A stretch of DNA of 64,000 nt from Macrostomum lignano (lineage: Eukaryota). The stretch's first letter is position 1. The number at the start of each line of letters is the position of its first letter. Positions 1 to 11,461 of the stretch are shown one piece after another. The position numbers and the translations under genes were made by a program. The stretch covers positions 310,001-374,000 of the forward strand of contig NIVC01000630.1 of assembly GCA_002269645.1 (NCBI GenBank), read 5' to 3'. The notes under the pieces are model-generated. The model made no database searches. It saw nothing but the letters and a program-made list of their open reading frames with translations, and had not been told where the DNA came from.

Positions 1-2835
1 CTGGATTGCCTGCAGTTCGTGCGCTTCACCCAAGTCAAGCGGTGCTGAGTCCTGATCCACGCTTTGATGCGCGAGTCGATGACACAGCCAGGAATCGGGA
101 CAAGAGGTTCGGGGCCGAGAGAGGAGCCGGAGGCACCAACTTTTGCAAGGGTGTCAGCCAACTCATTTCCTCGGATCCCCACATGCCCCGGAACCCACTT
201 AAGGGTAATTTTGTTGGCGGAACCCAACACATTGAGGAGTTTGATACAGTCAAGGACTGTAGCAGAGTTGGTGCTGCAGCCACTGATGGCGTGCAAGGCA
301 GCTTGGCTGTCCGAATGGAAAATGATGTTCTTACCAGTAACGCCAGTGGCGAGAAGCTCTGCAGTGCAGGAGCTGATGGCCAGAACTTCATTTTGGAAAA
401 CACTGGAGTTGACCCCAGTGTATTGAGCGTGGGTAGCGATGACCCTCCCGTTCAGAAAGATTCCAACACCAAAGCCGGTGTTGGCTGACTGCTTAGAACC
501 GTCGGTGTAGCAATGAAGCTCACCAGGGTTCCATTGGTCGTTGATGTTATCGGGCGAGTCGATAGCTATGGAGTAGCGCTGTCTCAGGTTGAGCGTTGAG
601 GCAATGCCATCGGTGAAGACGCGATTGGCCTGACACTCGTTGAGAAAGTTGAGGCACAGATCGCTATGCGGGACAAGGTTCTGCTTAGCAGGTGCTCTCA
701 TGTAAATGAATTTGACGCCGGCATCAATTAGATGCCGCGTCGTTCTAGCCGCCTCACCCCTGATGAAGAGGTCAAGAGGTGGAAGATTAAGGAAGGCCCC
801 CATGCCAGCAAAGGGCGTGGACCTGGTGGCGTTGCAGATGAGCCTACACGCTCTGCCTTGGATCGTGTTGAGCAGGTCTGCATGGCTTTTGACCTGGGTA
901 GCGCTAACCCAGACAACAGAGGCGTACGTAATGGCAGGTCTAACTACGGAAGTATAGATCCACCAAAGCCGCTTTGGGGATAGACCCTAAGAAGTGTGAG
1001 TGCTCGTCGGAGCTGGGCCAGGATGGCTGAGGCACGCTTGGCTTTTGCTTTCACGTGGGAGGACTAGTTGAGCCGGTGGTCAAGTATGACCCCGAGACAT
1101 CTGGTCTGGTGCGCGAAGGCAATATCTCTGCCGTAGAGCTGCAGAGGACGTATGTTCCAGCGTAGTCTGCTAGTAAACATAATGGCAACGGTTTTGGGCT
1201 CAGAGAGTTCCAGACCATTGTCATTGGCCCAGGATTCTGCTTTGCGGATAAAGCTCTGCATCAGATCCCTGAGCGTGCTGGGAGACGGTCCTGCCACAAT
1301 GGCCGTGACGTCATCAGCATACCCAACTTTGAAGACGGGGTCGGGTCGGGAGTCACTCAAAAGAGCGTCCATGACCAGGTTCCAGAGTGTCGGGGTGAGG
1401 ACTCCGCCTTGGGGTCCACCCTTACAGACTCTGGTGGAGGCAGTTTGCCCAAGAAGTTGGGCAGTGACCCTACGGTTGGAGATCATGTACATGATCCACC
1501 GTATGAGGGTAGCATAAGCTTTGCGATTTTGAAGGGCCCTCTGAAACGCTTCAAAGATAACGTTGTCGAAGGCGCCAACAATGTCAAGAAAGAGAGCCAG
1601 AGTGTAACCGTCACCCAGTACCGCCCTTTCAATCTTCTCGACAATCGCATACAAGGCGCTGTCAGTCGACCTCCCGGTACGGAAAGCGTGCTGATTATTG
1701 CTGAGGGGCATCGCTGTCAGCTTGCAGGACAGCAGCCGTCAGAGAATAAGCCTCTCAGTGAGCTTAAGCATTGCTAACGTTAAGCTAATAGGCTGGAAGG
1801 CCTTGACGCTTTGGTAGTCACCCTTCCCAGGTTTGGGAATAAAGACTACCCAAGCTTCAGTCCAGCATTTGGGAACGTATCCCAGCTGGATAGAGGCCCG
1901 CATAAGATTGCGGGTGAGTCTCAGGAACGAGGGTATCTTGGCTGCTTCACGAAGGAGAATAGGGTAGATACCATCAGGTCCAGGAGATTTGAAGGGTTTG
2001 AAGGTTCTGACCACACGAGCGATTAGGTCTTCAGTGACAATGCCCGCCGCTAGGGTGGCTCCATCCATCGAATGGTTGGGCTCCGGTCTAGCAGTAGGTA
2101 CCCTCGGGAAGAATGTGCTAAGCATATGCTGAAGCACTTCTTCAGGGTCTTTAGTAAGAGAGCCATCATCTTTTTTGATCATGGCTAATTTGGACATTTT
2201 GTCCATTGTAAGGGCCTTGACAAGCCTAGAAGTAGGTCTGTCTTGATCCAATTCATTGCAGAATTGGCGCCACTTACATTCCTTGGCCTTGCGCACTTCA
2301 GATTTGAAATTGCGGGAGGCTTGCCGGAAAAGCTCCATGTCCTCCCGGTTTCCAGTCTTCATGGCACGGCGATGAAGGCTTTTGGCCTTCTGCCTGAGTT
2401 TCCCCAGCTCCGGGTTCCACCACGGCGCCGAGGTCTTGCCTTTGTAGGCGCGAGCAAGACAAGCTGCTTCGTAGGCTTCAATAATGCAACCTGTCAGCGT
2501 CTCAGCCATATGATCCACATCCTCGCAGGTCTCAATCGGATGTAAGTCCGTGAATTCCTGCAGGTGCAGATCAAGGGCAGCCTTGTAGGCCGCCCAATCA
2601 GTGTTGCGGATATTGCGTCTCCAAGTGATCGGAGACTGGGTTTTAGTGTCCGCGATGTTAAAGGCGATAAAGCAGTGGTCAGACAGGGAGGGCTCCTCAG
2701 ACCAGACTCTCCACTCCTCAACTCTGTCAAAGAGTCTTGGGGTAACGAGTGTGGCGTCGAGGACCTCAGTCCATCTGCCATTATTAAAGGTAAGAGTGCT
2801 GCCGCGGTTGCAGAGCATGAGGTTTGTGTTAATTG
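1..2835 (-). mobile_element. 5'-truncated, decayed non-LTR retrotransposon (I group, Loa/Lian-like): APE endonuclease C-terminus, reverse transcriptase, RNase H; runs off the left edge
   Basis: Minus-strand translation shows EN motif SDH, RT motifs GPDGI, FLDIVGAFD, QGGVLTPTLW and YADD, and RNase H motifs YTDGSK (509-492), NEVLAI, SDSQAAL and WVPGHVGIRGNELAD (not in the ORF track). In-frame stops at 1741-1739 (TGA) and 1066-1064 (TAG) sit at expected Trp codons; one frameshift near 990. Clade assignment is from recalled motifs. Confidence 0.92.
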
Positions 2836-2942
2836 TGGCCCTTATAATTCTATATTTATAGCAAGTTGGTTAGAGTAAAATGTTATGACATAATCAATTT
2901 CTCAGTCAGCCAGTATCAGTCTCATTTTAAGTAAGCAATATG

Positions 2943-4137
2943 CCCGGTTAAAAAAATAACGGTCGCATTTCAGGGCCCTCGACCGTCCTGCGACCGTGAT
3001 GGCCGGCGTCGACTATTATTGCGACCATTCCAGCGCCCGTTAAGCACGGTCGCCGGATGCGACCATGTGAACGACCGAGTAGTCGACCATTCTGCACGGT
3101 CGATGTGTGCGACTGTGCGACTAATTCTTGCGACCGTGGCATGCGACCGTTGGTAGCGACTGTTCCGTCGACTGTTTTTGCGACCGTTCTTCTGCGACCG
3201 TCTCTGCGACCGTCTCTGCGACCGTTACTTCGACCATCTCTGCGACCTTGTCTGCGACCTTGTCTGCGACCGTCTCTGCGACCGTCTCTGCGACCGTCTG
3301 TCGACCGTCTGTCGACCGTCTGTCGACCGTTTTGTCGACCGTTTTGCCGACCGGCTTGCCGACCGTTCTGTCGACCGTCTTGTCGACCATCTCGGCGACC
3401 GTCTCTGCGACCATCTGTCGACCGTTCTGTCCACTGTTCTGTCGACCGTCCGTCGACCGTTTCGTCGACCGTCCGTCGACCGTTTTATCGACCACTCTTT
3501 CGACCGTTTTTCCCACCGAGGGCTCCGAGGCCACCGCCACGGAGCCCTCGGATGGCACAGCTGCTGAAGCAGGCGTCGACGCCTGCGACGACGGCGACGA
3601 TGTCAGTGAAGCATCCTCGGGAGGCAACGCTGACGAGGTGGCGGCCAGCGAAGGCGGCAACGCTGCCGAGGGGGCGGCCAGCGAAGGCGGCAACGCTGCC
3701 GAGGGGGCGGCCAGCGAAGGCGGCAACGCCGCCGAGCGGGCGGCCAGCGTCAGCGCAGAAGCCACCGTCGGAGGTGCTGGCGAAGGCGGCAAAGCCGCCT
3801 AGGGGGCGGCTTAGTTTCTACTGGGAAGGCCTATGGGGCCCTCGTCTTCGTCGCATCATAGAAACTGATCGTGGTTATACATACCATGGGTGGAAAAGTA
3901 ACAACCCTCGAGGGTTAAAAGGCTAACGAGGGTAATGAGCTCGTTTGTAGAGGTCGACCCTTTTAATATACCCAAGGAATACGTTACCACAGTCGTTTCG
4001 TAATAAATTAACCGTCCATGTTCTTTTCCGTCTGTCACTCTAGATCCCTCCGTATGTCACGGAGTCTGGCTACATTAAAGAGAGATCCAGATGGAGGGAG
4101 AACTGCCTCTATCCCTCTACAGATCTCTCTCTGTCTA

Positions 4138-4206
<69 letters not shown>

Positions 4207-4259
4207 CTCTGGATCTCTCTCTCTCCCTCTCTGTCTCTCTCTCTGTCTGTCTCTCTCTC

Positions 4260-4332
<73 letters not shown>

Positions 4333-6433
4333 AGCCAGGTGGAAACAGTTGCAGAAAAATCCGCCTTGAGAAGCCCCCCCCACGATGGCTTCACCAACTC
4401 ATCGTTTTTGCCCTTTCTTTACTTAGCTACTTAGAGAATGAAAAAGTGCAAGTGACTTAATGTCCAACAACGTATGGAAAGAAGCACATGATCAGGTCGT
4501 CTATTCGCAATGGAAGCTACGAAATCGGATCGGGACACGTTGAAAATTGTTTCTGCAGAACGCCAGCTGACCCATGTCACGATTTTAACTATATGTTTTT
4601 TATGCTACCTTATATTTACGGGATTAAGAAAGGCATACTGTCTATTGGAAGTACTTCCTGAAAATGAAACTAATCCTATAAAAATAGACGTGTGTAATCA
4701 GCTCCAGGTAAACTTCCAATATGCTGCAAGTCCCTTTTACTGAAGCCTTATATCCCTTATAAAAGTATTTTCTGCATTTTGTGCCTCTAATTAAGGGGCC
4801 TTTCTGCCATTTTCTGCTTTCATAACAAAATATTCGTATATTTTTCATTCATGGCAAACTGTGCCTCGTTTTCTAAGCCTATCCTAGCTTTATCCCATCC
4901 TACTACGGAGCCCAACTACTTAATTACATTTGTTGTTCCATTATACGAACCTGTGCATTTTACCTGACGCTTGTGTTCTCTCATTGTATGTATACTTTTA
5001 GCCAGAAGCAATAATTAATCGATGTGGCCATTATTCCACACCTTTCAGTGACACTACCATAGATGATGGAATTCCATATATGTGACGAATGTATTTATTC
5101 ATCTAGAACAGCACAATAAACCAACAACGAAACGGCAACAAGTGCAGCAGCTTCAGTGTGTGGCAAGTTATTGAAAAAATGAATTATTTTTTTACTACTT
5201 AAACTAACACTTGCTCGTGGCAATTTCCTACTTGGGCAATGTGAGCACCAGTTTTTTCTTTCCCTTACTCCACCTACATTAAATCTAGCACCAGCTCGAT
5301 ATTTAAAAATTTATGCTACTTGCCCAACACGGAGCAGCCGTGGTGGGTAAAATAGCAGCAGCAATAGTTATAGTTATAGCAGTAGCAGTTATAGCAGTTA
5401 AAGCAGTAGTTATAATTAGTGTCACAAATGTTCGCGAGCAGCGTGAAGTATGTAGCTATTAATTACTTGCTCACACGAATTTGAACGTGCAGTTTCCGAA
5501 AATGCGAGACACATGCGCCTGGGCGTTAAGCATTTAGCACTGCATTAACCTAAAATACCCATCTTACAATTTCATCTCTCCCCTCCGTCTGGCCACTTCT
5601 CTGTCACTCCTTTGGCATTTGTTCCTTTATGCGCTTCGTTTATATACGCAAATGTTTTTGTTTTTTGGTATTATTGATAACAAAAAGTAGAAAATAAACA
5701 GGGAAGAATGTCTACACTGTCTACGCTTCCTACATTTTCGACGCGTTAAATCTTCAATTTGTCGAAAGTAATAATTAGTAGCGAAAGAAAGTTTCCGTCT
5801 TTACACGCTTTTTTTCATTTTTAGACTTTTAGAACACAATACGATCTAGGGCGACGAAGGGTCGCCGGAGCAATCCAAACAGTCGCTGAACGGTCGATGA
5901 AAGGAGGACGAACGGTCGCAGGACGGGTCACAGGAACGGTCGCAGGAACGGTCGCAGGAACGGTCGATGAACAGTCGATGGACGGTCGCAGGAACGGTCG
6001 ATGAACGGTCGCAGGAACGGTCGATGAACGGTCGCAGGAACGGTCGATGAACGGTCGCAGGAACGGTCGATGAACAGTCGATGGACGGTCGCAGGAATGG
6101 TCGATGGACGGTCGCAGGAACGGGCGCGGGAACGGTCGATAGACGGTCGTGGGAACGGTCGATAGACGGTCGTGGGAACGGTCGATGGACGGTCGCGGGA
6201 ATGGTCGATGGACGGTCGTGGGAACGGTCGATGGACGGTCGCAGGAACGGTCGCAGGAGTAGGTCCCCAAACGGTCGCATTGTTAGTCGCAAAGGTCGAC
6301 GAAAACGACGGTCGAAAATCAACGGTCGACGCGTGACAGGCAACGGTCGACGAACGGTCGACATACGGTCGACCAACGGTCGCGGAATGAACAGTCGCAA
6401 GCCATTTTGGCGACCGTCTTTTTTTTAACCGGG
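2943..6433. mobile_element. Non-autonomous TIR DNA transposon, 3491 bp, CCC termini, 3-bp TSD (probable CMC/EnSpm-CACTA type)
   Basis: 24-bp TIRs CCCGGTTAAAAAAATAACGGTCGC (2943) and reverse complement CCCGGTTAAAAAAAAGACGGTCGC (ends 6433), 22/24 identical. ATG is duplicated at 2940-2942 and 6434-6436. Long CGACCGT subterminal arrays are inverted relative to each other (~2960-3505 and ~5868-6417). No transposase recognised. Superfamily is inferred. Confidence 0.85.
4124..4326. repeat. (CT)n / (CTGT)n microsatellite inside the TIR element
   Basis: Direct reading; gives the SLSLSL/ERERER ORFs. Confidence 0.95.
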
Positions 6434-7312
6434 ATGGTTACACAATTTCAATCAAGTCATGTGTGCATTTTTCGACACTGTTTTCAACTTGTGATGTAAT
6501 CTTTATCAGAATTGAAATTCAGTCAGTTGATTTTTCTCTAGCATTCTTTCAATGCATTTCAAGTCAAAAACATGCCATCAAATTCTTATAGCAAAAAAGA
6601 CACAAAATCGGTGAATTTTTTAAACCAAGCAATTTTAAAGTCAAAAACTATGATTAGATACATTCTACTAGGTGTTTGAAAGGAAGCAAAAAATTATCAA
6701 GATATATTGAAAACTTTACAAACAGTAGACATTTACAACAAGAAAAATTGACCCTAGCAGCATACAAAAAGAGTATGTTTTTTATTTTCAAAGCCTGCTC
6801 ACACAATAGTTGTCATTGATTGTGTCAAACAATTATATTACTATTGTATAAAACTTCTTTATCTTTAAAATGACACTTATATGAATACTGTAGGTTAAAT
6901 ATTAAGAGAGATATGACCAAAGAAAGACAAAAAACTCTTAAATATAGCACTCAAAAGGCATCAACCTGTAGTGTATTTATTTTCCTATCTAAAAAGTGCC
7001 ATTTTTCACACAAAAATGTTATAACTTTTTTATTCTTTGATCAAATTGGACAAAAAAGGCCATTTTAGAATTCAAACACTTTCCTCTATCAAATGTATAT
7101 ATCAAAAATATGAAAAAAAATAAACTTTGAAAATCTCACTGAAGTCCCTAGCTATAGTCCAGTTATATTTAACTGACCATAAATCTATTCTTTTTAAGGC
7201 AAATGAGTTATATTCTTGTTTGTTTCTTTTGAAACACCCTTTGTATGAGGGTTGTTTAGAAAGTCCGCAATCAAATATGTCCAACAGTTTAATAGATTGA
7301 ACAAATGTAATG

Positions 7313-9943
7313 CTACTCTTCCTGCTTCTCAATGTAGGCACCCTTGAGGCACTTGTGCCACCTCTCAGGCAACTTCTTGATGCCGGCAGCATAGAAATCG
7401 GCAGGTGACCCCCTGACCCACTGGCTGATGGCTGATGCCAGGGTCTGTAGAGAGCTATACTGGCAACCTTAGAGGGTTTTTTCACCTCCAAACAGCCAGA
7501 AGTCACTGGGTGCGAGGTCTGGCAAGTAGGGCGGGTATGGCAGCACCTCAAAGCCCAGGTCTGAAATGGCAACCATTGTTGCCTGGCTGGTATGCGGCCT
7601 GGCATTGTCATGCTGAAGCAAGATGCCACGGCTCAGCTTGCCATGCTGCTGGGCTTTGATGGCTTCATACAACTTCTGCAGGACTTGGATATAGTACTCA
7701 CTGTTTATTGTGACACCATGAGGAAGCCATTCAATGAGCAGAATACCCTCCTTGTCCCAGAAGATGGTGGTCATTTGCTTGCCAGCTGAAGGTGCAGTCA
7801 TGGCTGGCCTTCCACACACTGCTCTGCATCTTGGACTCTGGCTCACTATAATGAAACCAGGATTCATCCCCAGTCACAATCTGGTCCAAAAAGTTGGGAT
7901 CAGTGCAATATGACTGGAGGAGCTGCTGACACACCTGGACCCACTATTGCTGCTGCTGGTCAGTCAGAAGTTTTGGGACCCAATGAGCAACCCCGTCGAA
8001 CGTTTCACCCGGAATTTTTTCCGGAATTTTGTGATCCGGGCCCGATTTTTAATTGATTTCCGGGTGAAGGCCCGGATCAGCTTTTTTGGCCCGAAACAGC
8101 CCCTTGTTCCGGAAAAAAATCCGGAAATATGATCCGGAAAATTTTCGAGAAAAGGAAAGCTGTTCCGGTCTGATTTTCCGGAATTTTTCACCCGGAACAC
8201 TATGGAATTCTGGGTGTAGACCCGAATTTCAGTAGTGTTCCGGGTGAAAATGTTCCAGGTGAGATTTCGGGAATTGAGTCGGAATTCTCCAGTGATCCGG
8301 ACCAACTGATCCGGAAAATTCACCCGGATCAGCTCCCTTGACCCAAATTTCAGCCAAGTTCCGGGCGAAGCTGATCCAGGAAAATTTCGGGACTTGAGTC
8401 GGAATTCCCTAGTGATCCGGACCAACTGATCCAGAAAATTCACCCGGATCAGCTCCCTTGACCCGAATTTCAGCCAAGTTCCGGGCGAAGCTGATCCGGG
8501 AAAATTTCGGGACTTGAGTCGGAATTCCCTAGTGATCCAGACCAACTGATCCGGAAAATTCACCCGGATCAGCTCCCTTGACCTCAAAAAAAGTTGATGG
8601 TAGCATCGAAGTCCAGCTGCCCATCCGAGTGACATTCAGAAGGTCAGCATTTTTTGTTTCTGAAAGTACGTAGAAGTGCATAGAAATATACGATTTGCAG
8701 TTGTGCACAACTGAATTCAGTATTTCTGTTTGTGGATGGCTAAATCGAGTTCGATTCAATTCGTAGTCGTGGAAAATGTATGGAACAATGACCCGTTCTT
8801 TATTTAATTTTCTGCTACTGTGATAAGCCCAAGATTTGGCTGCAAATCCGGTTCAATCATCCAGAATTCACCTGGATTCGTGTGCTAATCCGGTTCACTC
8901 TCCCGGAATTCGCCCGGATTTGTGTGCTGATCCGGTTCACTCGCCCGGATTTGTGTGCTGATCCGGTTCACTCTCCCAGAATTCGCCCAGAATTGTGTGC
9001 TGATCCAGTTTACTCGCCCGGAATTGTGTGCTGATCCGGTTCACTTGCCCGGAATTAGCCCGGATTTGTGTGCTGATCCGGTTCACTCGCCCGGAATTAG
9101 CCCGGATTTGTGTGCTGATCCGGTTCACTCTCCCGGAATTAGCCCAGATTTGTGTGCTGATCCGGTTCACTCACCCGGAATTAGCCCGGATTTGTGTGCT
9201 GATCCAGTTCACTCGCCCGGAATTAGCCCGGATTTGTATGCTGATCCGGTTCACTCGCCCGGAATTAGCCCGGATTTGTGTGCTCATCCGGTTCACTCGC
9301 CCAGAATTGTGTGTTGATCCGGTTTTCGTCGCCCGGAATTTAGCCCGGATTTGTGTGCTGATCCGTTCCACTCGCCCGGATCGTACCCGGAACAGTCACC
9401 AGATTTTTTTAGCGATCCGGGTCTATTTTCCGGAATTTTTCTTTTTGATCCGGAAATTTCGCCCGGATTCTGTAAACTTTCGTTACAGATCCGGAATTTC
9501 CACCCGGATCGGATTGCATTACTGGAATAGGAAAAAATTCCGGGTGAACGCAAAAAATTCCGGGCGAAATTCCGGGTGAAAAGTTCGACGGGACAACTCG
9601 TGACATACCGAGCTCAACCATCATGATTGAATGAATGGCCATTGATAAGATGCCAGTAATGGTTGACAACTCTCGCACTAGCTTGGCAGTCAACATCCAG
9701 AGCACAACACTCAAGCTCGATGTTCGACCTGTTGACCATGGTGGCAGGCCAGCCACTCTGTGGAAGGTCATCAACTGTCTCCCAGCCATCTTCAAAATGC
9801 TGCACCCACTTGTTGACCATTGTTTTTGATGGTGCACATTTGCCATACATTGCTTGCAACTCGCAAAGAATTTCTGCCTGTTGCTTTCCTTGTTTTCACA
9901 AAAACCAAATGACACTTCACTTTGCTTCTTCGTTTTTCAGCAT
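7313..9943 (-). pseudogene. mariner transposase pseudogene (stops, frameshifts, 1.6-kb insertion)
   Basis: ATG at 9943; HTH region (YGKCAPSKTMVNKW...DDLPQSGWP), HWVPKLLT, TGDESW, HDNARPH, YLPDLAPSDF and C-terminal GIKKLPERWHKC; stop at 7315-7313. Confidence 0.9.
7992..9592. mobile_element. Nested non-autonomous TIR element, 1601 bp, CCC termini, 2-bp TSD (probable CMC/EnSpm type)
   Basis: 25-bp TIRs CCCGTCGAAC(G/T)TTTCACCCGGAATT, 24/25 identical; AC duplicated at 7990-7991 and 9593-9594. Removing the element plus one AC restores the mariner frame GMSRVVAHWVPKLL. CCGGA-rich arms contain a 120-bp repeat (~8273-8583, ~2.5 copies) and a 42-bp array (~8860-9385). Confidence 0.9.
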
Positions 9944-11461
9944 AGTGATGGAATTTGTGTGTGACTAAAAGCACTGCAAGAAGGAAATTCCTGGCCCAAA
10001 CAAGACCACTCTTGATTTAAAACATTCAGGGTATGATATTTGTCTATGGTATAAAGTTTCAAGACAAAGTAGTGACTCAAAAAAAGATATGCGGACTTTC
10101 CAAACAACCCTTGTACTTTGCATTATAAAAAGTATAAGCTAATAAAAAATAATCAGCTATAAGCACACAAATTAGGCCTAAACTCTATGTATTGGCTGTA
10201 GTTAGTTTAAATTGAAAGTCATTAGGAAAATAAAAGATACAGAGATAAATATTAAGTAGTCTCTAATAAGATAACTATTTATAAAATATAAGGTCTTTTT
10301 TATTTTAGTTACCATGCAAATAATGATTGTCTATTTAAAAAACCTATGACAATCTTAAAAACAGGGGCTCTTGTATTTCATAGATGGTTCTCTTTTGGCA
10401 GATATTTAAAAATATATAAAGGGACCAAATGGCCTCCCTCCTTGGCCTTGGGCTTTACCTTCCAGAATTTTCTCCTTTAGGATGGAATTTTTGTACAAAA
10501 CTTATGTACTTATATATACATTTCTAGCAAACTAGTACAACTCCAAAAGGTTTATATGTATAGGTTTTTTTGCAATTGTAAAAAATTAAATATTATTGAA
10601 ACATAAAAAATCTAAAATTATAATTTAGGTATAAAAATATGATCATCAGCCTAGAAGCAGTAAAGTTCCTTGTGTCCCTTTAGTAAGATTCTAAAAAAGA
10701 TTTTTCAGTATCTTTTTCTATTTGATACGTCTTATTTGCTAAGTTGAATAAACTTAATTTAAAAAATTAGCTTTATAATCAAAATTTAATAATGCTTTTT
10801 GTATTTAAAATTTACAAAACAATGTATTTTGCCTAGGCCCCTTTTAAGCACAGTGATCATCTTTATCTAAAAAGTTTTTATAGTTAATTTATAACTAATA
10901 CATTAGTAATTAAATATATTAGTAGCTTTTTGAAAATCAAGTTGTCTTGCTTTTCTCAGATTTGAATTCTATTTATTCCATTTTAGAAACACATTTTAAA
11001 CAAATTATTTTAGCAGAAAATTTGCATACAGTATTTCTAAGAAACAAAAAACTATAATTGTAGTATTATTAGTATAAACAAATAGTAGAAAAGGAGCACT
11101 ACCTCATTTTGCAGTTATTAATTTGCAAAAGAACATTTTCAAACTAATTTATTAGTATCTATAAAGCTTTGCTTTTTGCTTTTCTATGGCTCTATTAAAG
11201 CATTGCTGAAATTTTTTAAATATTTTAGCATACATTTTTTAATCTCAAAGCAAACAATACATTCCAGCTGTAATAATTGGCAATTGGCAAGACAAACATA
11301 CAACTATTAAATGGTTTGCTAATGTAGCACATGATTTTCTACCCTTAGCAGTAGCTGACCAAGAATTCTATAGATTTTTAAAGATTCAATATTTTTAGTT
11401 GAAAAAATAAGTCCAAAAATTATAAATAAAATCGTCAACTAGCTGGTTGAGGTCATCAGGC

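Larger units (their letters stand above)
7246..10113 (-). mobile_element. mariner (DD34D-type) transposon, defective, interrupted by a nested element
   Basis: 24-bp TIRs TGAGGGTTGTTTAGAAAGTCCGCA (7246) and TGCGGACTTTCCAAACAACCCTTG (10090-10113), flanked by TA at 7244-7245 and 10114-10115; transposase remnants between them. Confidence 0.93.

Noticed and set aside
4510-5820. Small ORFs in the interior of the 3.5-kb element as transposase remnants
   Set aside because: No DDE or other recognisable motifs.
7225-7245. TTTTGAAACACCCTTTGTA, resembling a second Tc1/mariner TIR end abutting the mariner
   Set aside because: No partner TIR found in the window; too short to support a call.
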